This document shows, in pieces, positions 1 to 8,379 of a stretch of DNA of 64,000 nt. Origin of the DNA: Patescibacteria group bacterium (GTDB lineage Bacteria; Patescibacteriota; Minisyncoccia; Phycocordibacterales; UBA9973); the NCBI GenBank assembly GCA_038063915.1, contig JBBTUE010000001.1, positions 107,905 to 171,904 of the forward strand. Reading direction: 5' to 3'. Made by a program: the position numbers and the translations under genes. The notes under the pieces were generated by a model. The model saw only the letters and a list, made by a program, of their open reading frames with translations. It made no database searches and was not told where the DNA came from. How positions within the stretch are numbered: the stretch's first letter is position 1; every line of letters starts with the position of its first letter.

Positions 1-174
1 GTAGTGTCTGACCCACTATATGGCGGAGCCAAAGAAAAAGCCTTAGGAATGAAGCGCCTTGCTCTCCACGCTTACTCTATAACTTTTCGCACATTAGATG
101 GTAAAGAAGTAACAATAGAGGCGCCACTCCCAAACGACTTCAAGAAGGCAGTAAAAAGCTACCTAAAACCTTAG
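1..174 (+). CDS. RluA-family pseudouridine synthase, C-terminal fragment (truncated by window start)
   Basis: Frame 1 reads VVSDPLYG...KRLALHAYSITF...EAPLPNDF*, matching the GDxLYG and LHA C-terminal motifs of RluA/RluD; stop TAG at 172-174. Confidence 0.8.
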   Translation, partial: VVSDPLYGGAKEKALGMKRLALHAYSITFRTLDGKEVTIEAPLPNDFKKAVKSYLKP

Positions 175-215
175 GTTTCTTGCTTAAAATAGCTATATAT
201 GATAAAGTGGGCCCT

Positions 216-623
216 ATGGTAACAGCGGAATTAACTAAAAAACAATTTACTTCAGTAGATCAAGCGAGCCGGAAATCTCTCGATTTTAAGGCAGGTGATA
301 CTATCCGTGTATGGAATAAGATTCAAGAAAAAGGTAAAACTCGCCTCCAAGCTTTTGAGGGCCTAGTTCTTGCTCGTAAACATGGCACCGAAAGCGGAGC
401 TACTTTGACTGTACGCAAAGTCACATCAGGAGTTGGAGTTGAACGTATTTTTCCACTTTATTCTCCCAATATAGACAAAATAGAAGTTCTCCGTCACTCA
501 AAAACTCGCCGAAGCAAACTCTACTATATACGTACAAAGGCTGTGAAGGAAGTGAAGAAAAGATTAAAGAGTGTCACTCTTTCAAAAGAAGAGTCGGCTG
601 AAGCATCAACTAAAGTAGAATAA
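216..623 (+). CDS. rplS: 50S ribosomal protein bL19
   Basis: FKAGDTIRV, RLQAFEGLV, VRKVTSGVGVERIFPLYSP, RRSKLYYIR motifs; ATG at 216 preferred over the ORF-track start 180. Confidence 0.97.
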   Translation: MVTAELTKKQFTSVDQASRKSLDFKAGDTIRVWNKIQEKGKTRLQAFEGLVLARKHGTESGATLTVRKVTSGVGVERIFPLYSPNIDKIEVLRHSKTRRSKLYYIRTKAVKEVKKRLKSVTLSKEESAEASTKVE

Positions 624-630
624 TAATAAT

Positions 631-714
631 GCCCAGGTGTTGAAACTGGTAGACATTTATCCTTGAGGTGGATAAGCCAGCAATGGCGTGGAGGTTCGAG
701 TCCTCTCCTGGGCA
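631..714 (+). tRNA. tRNA-Leu(GAG), CCA not encoded
   Basis: Acceptor GCCCAGG/CCTGGGC+A, D-loop CTGGTA, anticodon stem TATCC/GGATA with loop TTGAGGT, long variable arm GCCA-GCAA-TGGC, T-loop GGTTCGAGTCC. Confidence 0.95.
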
Positions 715-746
715 CAAAGGTTATATTTCTAGTATAATATCTAGGC

Positions 747-1319
747 ATGATTACATTCCTACTCTATATCTTAGTTTGGATACTTATAATAATATTCTTA
801 GTATCTCTTATCCTTTTTATAATAATGATGATTTCTGGGTATCGTGCCAAAGTTCCATTTGTGCCAGTTCCGAATTCAATACTCAAAGATATTTTCAAAG
901 CTCTTAATATAAAGGATGATAGTATACTATATGATCTTGGTTGTGGTGAAGGACGTGTACTTTTTTATATATCACGACTAGTTCCAAAAGCTAAATACAT
1001 CGGCATAGAGAATAGCACATTTCCGCTCATTCTTGCTCGAGTGCGGGCGTGGTGGCACAGAAAAGTAACAGGTAAAAAAATAAATATAATAAATAGTGAT
1101 TTTTTTAATCACGACCTTTCTGACGCTACGCATATATTCACCTATCTATATCCAAACGTTATGGACGATCTTTTACCAAAGTTGGATAAGGAACTAAAAA
1201 AGGGAACTAGATTAGTATCGGTTACTTTTAAATTTACAGCTAAACAACCATCCTCTGAGATAGACTTGAAAAGAGGCAAATATCAACTAGCACAAAAGAT
1301 GTATGTCTATGAATTTTAG
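747..1319 (+). CDS. Membrane-anchored class I SAM-dependent methyltransferase
   Basis: N-terminal TM helix, VPFVP motif, LYDLGCGEGR motif I, GIENS, FTYLYP. Confidence 0.85.
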   Translation: MITFLLYILVWILIIIFLVSLILFIIMMISGYRAKVPFVPVPNSILKDIFKALNIKDDSILYDLGCGEGRVLFYISRLVPKAKYIGIENSTFPLILARVRAWWHRKVTGKKINIINSDFFNHDLSDATHIFTYLYPNVMDDLLPKLDKELKKGTRLVSVTFKFTAKQPSSEIDLKRGKYQLAQKMYVYEF

Positions 1320-1341
1320 CTTGAAATGATATACTATAATA

Positions 1342-3465
1342 ATGATCAATGATGAACTTATTGCCTATATTCAGACTCAAACTCGAAAAAATATTTCAAA
1401 AGATACAATTGTATCCAAACTGACAAATACTGGATGGCATGCAGATGATATTGATGAAGCTTTTCGCAAACTCACACCACCTAAAATAGTAGAAAATCCT
1501 ACTACTCCAACAGTAAATAAAGCACCTGTCATATCAGATGGCCCTGACTTATACAGAGAACTACCAGGGCGTGACGAACCTGGGGCCATGAATTTAGCCG
1601 AGGTCCTTGGAGGTTCTGCTCTACAAAACGAGCCAGGACCAATAAAACCGATATTTAGTACAAGTTTCAGCGAAGCAAATCCTAAAAATCCAACCCCATC
1701 TTACTATATACCAGATAATGTCACACCAAGCGATAAGAAGAAGGACGAAAAAAATGAAACCAATATAAATTTCGGAGTTATGAGGCCGAAATTAGTACAA
1801 GTACCTCCATCTCAAATACCGAATCCTCCTACTCTTCCACCAAGCCCTTCGTTTAGCCAACCAAAGCCACAAAATTCTGATGGAGAATTTCTACCATCGT
1901 TAAAGCCTAAAACTGTGTCCAGTGCCATAGAATTAAAAGATTTCAAACTGAATGAAGATAAAGCATCTACTCCTTCTGTGATACCTCAAAATGCCATTCT
2001 TCATTCTTATCCACAAATACTGTCTTCGTCGGTGGATGCTCAGGAGTCATTTTTTACTAGAAAGAAAAAATCACTACTAAAGATATTAATAATAGTATTA
2101 ATAATAAGCTTCATTAGTGGCGCTATATTTGTATTTGCAAATAATTATATAAAGCTACCATCTTTCAACTTTCCATTTATAAAAAAAGACCCCAAAGTCC
2201 TCCTTGCTAATGCCCCGACTATATTAAGTAGTTTGAAATCATACAAAATAGAGACAGTAGTCACTTTATCTACTCCACCATTTGCTGACATTACCAACGG
2301 TTTAGTTAGTGGAGAGGCAGTCCCGTCCCATCAAAGAGATTCTATATCTCTAAGTGCAAAAGGTAGTGTAAATAATAATAACCAATCAACGCCTACGTTT
2401 GATTATCTAGCAAACATAAGAAGTTCACTTCTTAAAAATGATATTTCTTACGGTATTAAATATATAGATAATAAAGTATTCATTACGATGCCTAACTTAG
2501 TAGCCTTCTTAGGTAGCAACGCACCAAAAGAAAGCGTCGTCGTCACTGATCAAACCCAAACTGACTCCATGGTCGGATTGTTACCGGTGAATATTCAATC
2601 AAAAGCAGAGAAAGTAGATATTAATAAGTTTTTATCAACAATATTACCGTCATATATAACCGATGAAACAGCGTCAATATTTAAGGATTTTGTTTTAGAA
2701 TCAAGTGTTCTTGAGAAAGATCCAGAAAAAATTCATGGCGTAGAGGCGTACTATTATGTGCTAAATTCTAGTAGACCTTCTCTAAAAAAACTCCTCAATA
2801 GTTTTGCTGTTATTTTTGCTAAAAATTTATCGTCCAATGATAGTAGCTACCTGAGTGATCTCGCAGGATCTATAACAATAGACAATCTAGGAGTGTGGAT
2901 AGGGAAAGATGATAGTAATATTCACCAATACGAATTCACTCTCTCAGCTCCGCTCTCGAAGGTAATTGGTTTAGAAGACAAGGGGATAGCTGGTAATACC
3001 GTAAGCCTTAACTGGAAGACAACATACTATGACTTTGATATTACAAACAATATTGAAATTCCTCAGACAGCAATAACAACGTCAGATTTCATAAAATCCA
3101 TCAAGGATATGGAAATAAAAAATCTTATATATGACTTCAAACCAGCTGCGGACACTCTACATAATGCCATCGGTAGTTTTGGAAAACGTAGTAATATAAA
3201 TGGAAGCTGTACAACCCCCACTTCTGGTTCGCTGTTTTCTCCAGTCGGACACCCTAAAGGTGCAAATAATGCAGTCAGTAATATATCAAGTGTTATAACT
3301 GGAATCTTAGATAAGAATAGTGGAGTGCTTTCTTGTTATTCAACCCCAAATGCTTGGGCACTTTCTCTACCACTTGTAAGTAACCCAAATTCATTCTTTT
3401 GTTTAGATAGCACAGGGACAACTGAAATATTAAATACTTCACTTACTAGTACAGCCTGTAAATAA
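1342..3465 (+). CDS. Large single-pass membrane protein (small helical N-domain, Pro-rich linker, TM, large extracellular region, Cys-containing C-terminal domain)
   Basis: 707-aa ORF; TM ILIIVLIISFISGAIFVFA after a KKK patch; C-terminal SCYS..WALSLPL..FFCLDSTG. Confidence 0.75.
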   Translation: MINDELIAYIQTQTRKNISKDTIVSKLTNTGWHADDIDEAFRKLTPPKIVENPTTPTVNKAPVISDGPDLYRELPGRDEPGAMNLAEVLGGSALQNEPGPIKPIFSTSFSEANPKNPTPSYYIPDNVTPSDKKKDEKNETNINFGVMRPKLVQVPPSQIPNPPTLPPSPSFSQPKPQNSDGEFLPSLKPKTVSSAIELKDFKLNEDKASTPSVIPQNAILHSYPQILSSSVDAQESFFTRKKKSLLKILIIVLIISFISGAIFVFANNYIKLPSFNFPFIKKDPKVLLANAPTILSSLKSYKIETVVTLSTPPFADITNGLVSGEAVPSHQRDSISLSAKGSVNNNNQSTPTFDYLANIRSSLLKNDISYGIKYIDNKVFITMPNLVAFLGSNAPKESVVVTDQTQTDSMVGLLPVNIQSKAEKVDINKFLSTILPSYITDETASIFKDFVLESSVLEKDPEKIHGVEAYYYVLNSSRPSLKKLLNSFAVIFAKNLSSNDSSYLSDLAGSITIDNLGVWIGKDDSNIHQYEFTLSAPLSKVIGLEDKGIAGNTVSLNWKTTYYDFDITNNIEIPQTAITTSDFIKSIKDMEIKNLIYDFKPAADTLHNAIGSFGKRSNINGSCTTPTSGSLFSPVGHPKGANNAVSNISSVITGILDKNSGVLSCYSTPNAWALSLPLVSNPNSFFCLDSTGTTEILNTSLTSTACK

Positions 3466-3466
3466 T

Positions 3467-3886
3467 ATGCATATTTTTCTCGTGAATTTTATCAGTTTGC
3501 TAGGTTTGTTTGGATTTTGTTTATCATTCTACTTATTTTCTAAAAAAAAGAAAAAAAAGAAATTGATATGTCCAATGAAATCAAACTGCGATACAGTTAT
3601 ACACTCCGATTATTCTAAAATTCTTGGTATACCAGTAGAAGTTCTTGGTATGATCTACTATGCCCTGGTTGGTAGTTCCTATAGCATATTGTTTGCTCTC
3701 AATATTTGGACCACGCCGATTGCTCTGGTATTACTTGGAGTCAGTATGTGCGCTCTACTATTCTCAGCATATCTCGTGTCTTTACAAGCGTTTATTATTA
3801 GACATTGGTGTACTTGGTGTTTATTCTCAGCTCTCAATTCACTCGTTATCTTTATCCTCTCCTACCTACATTTATATACGTATTAA
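3467..3886 (+). CDS. Vitamin K epoxide reductase (VKOR) family protein
   Basis: C-x5-CDTVIHSDYSKILGIP loop cysteines and Ser, CTWC active-site CxxC, four TM helices. Confidence 0.92.
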   Translation: MHIFLVNFISLLGLFGFCLSFYLFSKKKKKKKLICPMKSNCDTVIHSDYSKILGIPVEVLGMIYYALVGSSYSILFALNIWTTPIALVLLGVSMCALLFSAYLVSLQAFIIRHWCTWCLFSALNSLVIFILSYLHLYTY

Positions 3887-3956
3887 ATTAATAGATCCTA
3901 GATTTATAAGTCATTTTCTGGTATAACAGGGTAATCCGACGAAGCTCGGATATTAT

Positions 3957-4032
3957 GGTGCCTATAGTGTAATGGTTAGCACTAGAGTTTGTGGAACTCT
4001 CAGTTCGGGTTCAAATCCCGGTAGGCACCCCA
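3957..4032 (+). tRNA. tRNA-His(GTG) with encoded G-1 and CCA
   Basis: G+GTGCCTA acceptor pairs with TAGGCAC+C, anticodon stem AGAGT/ACTCT with loop TTGTGGA, T-arm GGTTCAAATCC, 3' CCA. Confidence 0.96.
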
Positions 4033-4047
4033 ATCATTTTTTTCTAT

Positions 4048-4185
4048 GAAAGATTTTTTAGTTATTATAATCTGGATGAGTTGCGGAGTTACTTTCGAAG
4101 TATTAAACTAGAAATAGTATCAGAAAATATTGTTAATTCAGGAAGAACAAACTGGATTAACGTTATAAGTAAAAAGACAAGTTAG
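4048..4185 (+). pseudogene. Probable C-terminal remnant of a class I SAM methyltransferase
   Basis: ERFFSYYNLDELRSYF..LEIV...WINVISKK resembles the last helix and two strands of small MTases; no start outside the tRNA. Confidence 0.45.
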
Positions 4186-4242
4186 CACTATACTATATAA
4201 TAAAAAAGCTGATCATTTTGAATCCAACTTGATATATAAGAG

Positions 4243-4989
4243 ATGTCTGACATTATTATAATTTTCATCACTTCACTCATAGCAACCCTACTCTCCTCCA
4301 TGTCTGGTGGTGGCGCTTCAGTGATCACTATACCAGTTATGATGTGGATGGGGATATCGTTTCCACTTGCATTATCTGCCCAAAAATTTTCTTCTATATT
4401 TTGGATGTTGCCGGCTTCGCGTAATTATTTAAAGGACCGCAAAATTGACTGGAAATTTATCTTACTTTTCAGCCTTCTAGGATTACTTGGGGTTTATATT
4501 GGAGTCACTTGGGTATTGAAAGTGGACCAAAGAGCCATGGAATTATTTATAGGTACCCTTATCCTTGCTCTAGTTGTATATACGTTCCTAAGGAAAAATG
4601 TTGGATTGAGAGAAGAAAAAATATATTCAAAATTTAAAAAGACACTTTCATATCTATTTGCGCCAATATTAGGATTCTATGAATCTATTTTTGGCTCAGG
4701 GAATGGTATTATGTTTGCTATTGTCACTCTAAAAACAAGAGGTTTTGATTTTGTAGATTCGCTTGGTTATTATTACTCCGTGGCATTTCCATGGCAAATA
4801 TTTACTGCAGCTCTATTCATACACAAAGGCTATTTTAGTTCTGAGGTGATAATTCCTACGGTTATAGGATCGCTGATAGGTGGGTATGCTGGTTCTAAGT
4901 ATGCGAAGTATAAGGGTAATAAATTCATCAAACTCATGTTCGTATTTGTTGGCACGATTTTAGGGGTAAAGTTATTGATTGGATTTTAA
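4243..4989 (+). CDS. TauE/SafE (TSUP) family sulfite exporter
   Basis: SSMSGGGASVITIP and GFYESIFGSGNG repeated Gly motifs, about 8 TM helices. Confidence 0.88.
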   Translation: MSDIIIIFITSLIATLLSSMSGGGASVITIPVMMWMGISFPLALSAQKFSSIFWMLPASRNYLKDRKIDWKFILLFSLLGLLGVYIGVTWVLKVDQRAMELFIGTLILALVVYTFLRKNVGLREEKIYSKFKKTLSYLFAPILGFYESIFGSGNGIMFAIVTLKTRGFDFVDSLGYYYSVAFPWQIFTAALFIHKGYFSSEVIIPTVIGSLIGGYAGSKYAKYKGNKFIKLMFVFVGTILGVKLLIGF

Positions 4990-5063
4990 GGTCAAGTTTT
5001 ACTCCATACTGTATTTTGAAATAGTCTAGAAGTTGCTATAATGCCATATAGCAGGCGCGCCCC

Positions 5064-5552
5064 ATGAAAAGCTCACTCAAGAAAAATAAAGAAAAAACTA
5101 AATTAAAAAAGCCCAAGCTTGTAATGGTTAGTGGTGGTTTCGATCCAATACATCATGGGCATGTGCGATATTTCCATGAAGCAAAGAAATTGGGGGATAG
5201 GTTAGTGGTTGTTATAAACAACGATCATTGGATCAAACTTAAAAAGGGTAAAGGATTTATGAGTGCTAAAGATCGCGCAGAAGTAATACGTGGGCTTCGT
5301 GATGTCGACAGTGTAGTAATATCTAGCCACAAAAAAGGTACGAAAGATATAAGTGTTTGCGAAGATATTAAAAAAATCAGACCAAATATTTTTGCTAACG
5401 GTGGTGATAGATTTGCTAATAACGTACCTGAATTTAAAATTTGCAGAGATTTAGGAATCAAGATGGTTTTTAATATTGGTAAAGGAGGCAAAGTTAGAAG
5501 TTCCTCAGATTTGCTCAGAGAGTATTCAAAATATCTAAATAATAAAAAATGA
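5064..5552 (+). CDS. Cytidylyltransferase-like nucleotidyltransferase (TagD/RfaE-II family)
   Basis: VSGGFDPIHHGHVRYF (HxGH), FANGGDR, RSSS motifs. Confidence 0.9.
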   Translation: MKSSLKKNKEKTKLKKPKLVMVSGGFDPIHHGHVRYFHEAKKLGDRLVVVINNDHWIKLKKGKGFMSAKDRAEVIRGLRDVDSVVISSHKKGTKDISVCEDIKKIRPNIFANGGDRFANNVPEFKICRDLGIKMVFNIGKGGKVRSSSDLLREYSKYLNNKK

Positions 5553-6211
5553 AACTTGGACCACTATATATTCCGAAACAGATTTTAATATTATTACTTT
5601 TGGCTGTGATATTAAATCTGGCTCGAGTTGCTATCTTCGATTCTTTATATTTTATCTATTTGTTATGGAATATATTCTTGGCCATATTGCCTTTCATCGC
5701 AAGTTCACTATTACTAAACTATTTTAACAACAAGAGACTTACTAAAATCACATTCACAATAGGTTTTGTAGCATGGCTGTTACTATTACCGAATGCACCA
5801 TATATAGTAACCGATATGATTCACCTTGGACGTGGAAGGAGTGCCATACTTCTATACGATACATTCCTCTTATTTAGTTCTGCTTGGGCAGGGCTTCTTT
5901 TAGGCATATACTCTATATCACACATCGAGAAGATAATTAAGTCTAAATATTCAAGTAAAGTAACATCTATACTTGTCGGGTTTATTATCTTATTAACTTC
6001 CTTTGGGGTGTATCTCGGTAGATTTTTGCGTTTCAATAGTTGGGATGTTATATCTGACACGTCATTTTTATTTAAGAATCTATGGAGTGTTGTCTCTAAC
6101 CCAAATGAATATATAGATGCTTATCTTTTTACGGGTCTCACTTTTCTTTTCATCTTTGTATCTTATAGAGCTTGGAAGTATACACAAATAGAGCCAAAGA
6201 GTAATATCTAG
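5549..6211 (+). CDS. DUF1361 family membrane protein
   Basis: LLWNIFLAILP, WLLLLPNAPYIVTDMIHL, GVYLGRFLRFNSWD signatures. Confidence 0.88.
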   Translation: MKLGPLYIPKQILILLLLAVILNLARVAIFDSLYFIYLLWNIFLAILPFIASSLLLNYFNNKRLTKITFTIGFVAWLLLLPNAPYIVTDMIHLGRGRSAILLYDTFLLFSSAWAGLLLGIYSISHIEKIIKSKYSSKVTSILVGFIILLTSFGVYLGRFLRFNSWDVISDTSFLFKNLWSVVSNPNEYIDAYLFTGLTFLFIFVSYRAWKYTQIEPKSNI

Positions 6212-6267
6212 TTTAGTATTTTTTATGTTATAATAAAGATATTAATAACACCTAATATTATTTATAT

Positions 6268-6822
6268 ATGAATCATATTCAATATGAAGAGGCTCCCTTT
6301 GCAAAGTTTATCTTTGGCAATACAAAAATGTCTTGGTTCTGGTTACTGGCTCGAGTATATGTAGGGTGGGAATGGTTTCATGCAGGTTGGACTAAGTTTG
6401 CTGGCACAGGCTGGGTTGGTGACGGAGCCGGTAATTCTATCTCAGGGTTTGTAAAAGGCGCTCTGGCAAAAACTACAGGAGCTCACCCAGATGTGCAAGG
6501 TTGGTATGCAACATTTCTTGAAAATGTAGTTTTACCCCATGCTTCATTTTGGTCACACTTAGTTGTATATGGTGAGATTCTTGTTGGCGCTGCTCTCATA
6601 CTTGGGATATTTACAGGTATCGCTGCATTTTTTGGACTCTTCATGAATCTGAACTTTATGCTTGCAGGAGCATTAAGTACAAACCCAATTTTATTTACAC
6701 TAAGTATAGGGTTAGTATTAGCTTGGAAGATAGCAGGGGAATTTGGAGTCGATCGTTACTTATTGCCTGCACTTGGCACATATTGGCAACCTGGAAAGCT
6801 TTTTAAACCCAATAATATCTGA
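6268..6822 (+). CDS. DoxX/DoxD family membrane protein
   Basis: RVYVGWEWFHAGWTK, GEILVGAALILG, MNLNFMLAG..STNP motifs. Confidence 0.88.
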   Translation: MNHIQYEEAPFAKFIFGNTKMSWFWLLARVYVGWEWFHAGWTKFAGTGWVGDGAGNSISGFVKGALAKTTGAHPDVQGWYATFLENVVLPHASFWSHLVVYGEILVGAALILGIFTGIAAFFGLFMNLNFMLAGALSTNPILFTLSIGLVLAWKIAGEFGVDRYLLPALGTYWQPGKLFKPNNI

Positions 6823-6856
6823 CCCATATACAATCTAGGTGTGATATAATCTCAAT

Positions 6857-7210
6857 ATGGCAGGTAAAATTGACATTTATCAAGAAGAAAGACCTTGGGG
6901 GAATTTTCGCAAATTTACAGATAATACTCCTTCGACGGTGAAAATAATAACTATTAAACCCAACGAAGAATTGAGTCTACAGAGCCATGAGAAAAGGTCA
7001 GAATTCTGGCGTGTAATATCTGGTAGTGGAGTTTGGGAGATTGACGGAGTCAAGCACGATTTTAATATTGGTGACGAAAAACTACTTCCAACTTCTGCAA
7101 AGCATAGAATCATTGCTGGCAAAGATGGTATTTCTATCCTTGAGATATCAGTAGGTGAATTTGACGAAGAAGATATTGTGCGTTATGAGGATAAATATGG
7201 ACGGGTATAA
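6857..7210 (+). CDS. Cupin mannose-6-phosphate isomerase (type II C-terminal domain)
   Basis: ERPWG, LSLQSHEKRSEFW, KHRI, EDIVRYEDKYGR. Confidence 0.9.
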   Translation: MAGKIDIYQEERPWGNFRKFTDNTPSTVKIITIKPNEELSLQSHEKRSEFWRVISGSGVWEIDGVKHDFNIGDEKLLPTSAKHRIIAGKDGISILEISVGEFDEEDIVRYEDKYGRV

Positions 7211-7213
7211 ATT

Positions 7214-8377
7214 ATGGCAAAGATAATTAAAAAAATAAAAACTAAAAAAACACCCAAAAAAAGTCCACTAAAAAAGCGTGTCACTAAAACTGTAATTAAA
7301 AAATCAAAAGTTAAAATAAAATCTAAGCCCAAAAAGGTAGTTCTTAAAAAAAGAATTTCAAAAAATTTACCAGTAAAGCTCGAGCGCAATATTAACAATC
7401 CGATAATCAAACCAAGTTTCTATCCATGGGAATCTAAAGCGACATTTAATCCAAGTGCGTTTGAATCCAACGGCAAGATTCATATTGTATATCGCGCTAT
7501 AGGTGAAGACGATTCATCTGTGATCGGTTATGCTTCAAGTTATGATGGTTTAAATATTGAAGAGCGACCAACACATTCCATATATCAAAGATTTCATCAA
7601 GTAGTAAAAATAGGCGAACCAATAGACTATATCTCTGGTGGTGGCTGGGGTGGTGGTTGCGAAGATCCTAGGCTGACACTTCTAGAAGATACGGTCTACA
7701 TGCTCTACACTGCATTTGATGGTTGGGGTTCTGTACGTATTGCTATGACCTCGATAAAACTTGAAGATTTCAAGAAAAAAAAGTGGAATTGGGAAAAACC
7801 AGTAACTATTTCACCTCCAGGTGAAATCAATAAAAACTGGGTTCTTTTTCCTGAAAAAATAAATGGTAAGTTTGCAATCCTACATAGTATATCCCCAGAA
7901 GTCATGATTGAGTTCGTAGATAACTTAAATTATTTCAATGGAAAGAATTTTATATATAGTATTAATCAATCAGACCCTCGCTGGCAGTTGCGCGAAAAAG
8001 GCATAAGAGGGGTAGGCCCATCGCCAATTAAGACAAAATTGGGCTGGCTAGTCCTATACCATGCTATAGAAGATAATGATCCCAACCGCTATAAACTCTT
8101 TGCTATGATTCTCGACAAGAATGACCCGACAAAAATACTTTATCGATCAAAAAAGCCAATCCTAGAGCCAGATGCCTATTACGAAAATGAAGGATACAAA
8201 AGTGGTGTGATCTACTCGTGCGGAGCAGTCATTAAAGACGGTACATTTTTTGTTTATTATGGTGGGGCTGATATGGTCACATGCGTTGCCTCTATAGAAC
8301 TTGATGAATTATTAGAAAGTTTAAAGAAAGATAAATTTGTAAAACTTAGAAATAATAAACTACAGAGAGTTCTATAG
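7214..8377 (+). CDS. GH130-like glycoside hydrolase/phosphorylase with Lys-rich N-terminal extension
   Basis: NPII, WESKATFNPSA, YRA, GCEDPRLT, KNWVLFPEKINGK, YYGGAD. Confidence 0.88.
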   Translation: MAKIIKKIKTKKTPKKSPLKKRVTKTVIKKSKVKIKSKPKKVVLKKRISKNLPVKLERNINNPIIKPSFYPWESKATFNPSAFESNGKIHIVYRAIGEDDSSVIGYASSYDGLNIEERPTHSIYQRFHQVVKIGEPIDYISGGGWGGGCEDPRLTLLEDTVYMLYTAFDGWGSVRIAMTSIKLEDFKKKKWNWEKPVTISPPGEINKNWVLFPEKINGKFAILHSISPEVMIEFVDNLNYFNGKNFIYSINQSDPRWQLREKGIRGVGPSPIKTKLGWLVLYHAIEDNDPNRYKLFAMILDKNDPTKILYRSKKPILEPDAYYENEGYKSGVIYSCGAVIKDGTFFVYYGGADMVTCVASIELDELLESLKKDKFVKLRNNKLQRVL

Positions 8378-8379
8378 AT

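Noticed and set aside
524-907. ORFs 524-748 (-) and 668-907 (+)
   Set aside because: They overlap tRNA-Leu and real genes; shadow frames
2007-2015. Perfect DnaA box TTATCCACA
   Set aside because: Isolated and inside a CDS; compatible with chance
3991-4047. Start of the 64-aa ORF 3991-4185
   Set aside because: The GTG start is the tRNA-His anticodon; only the downstream part is kept, as a remnant
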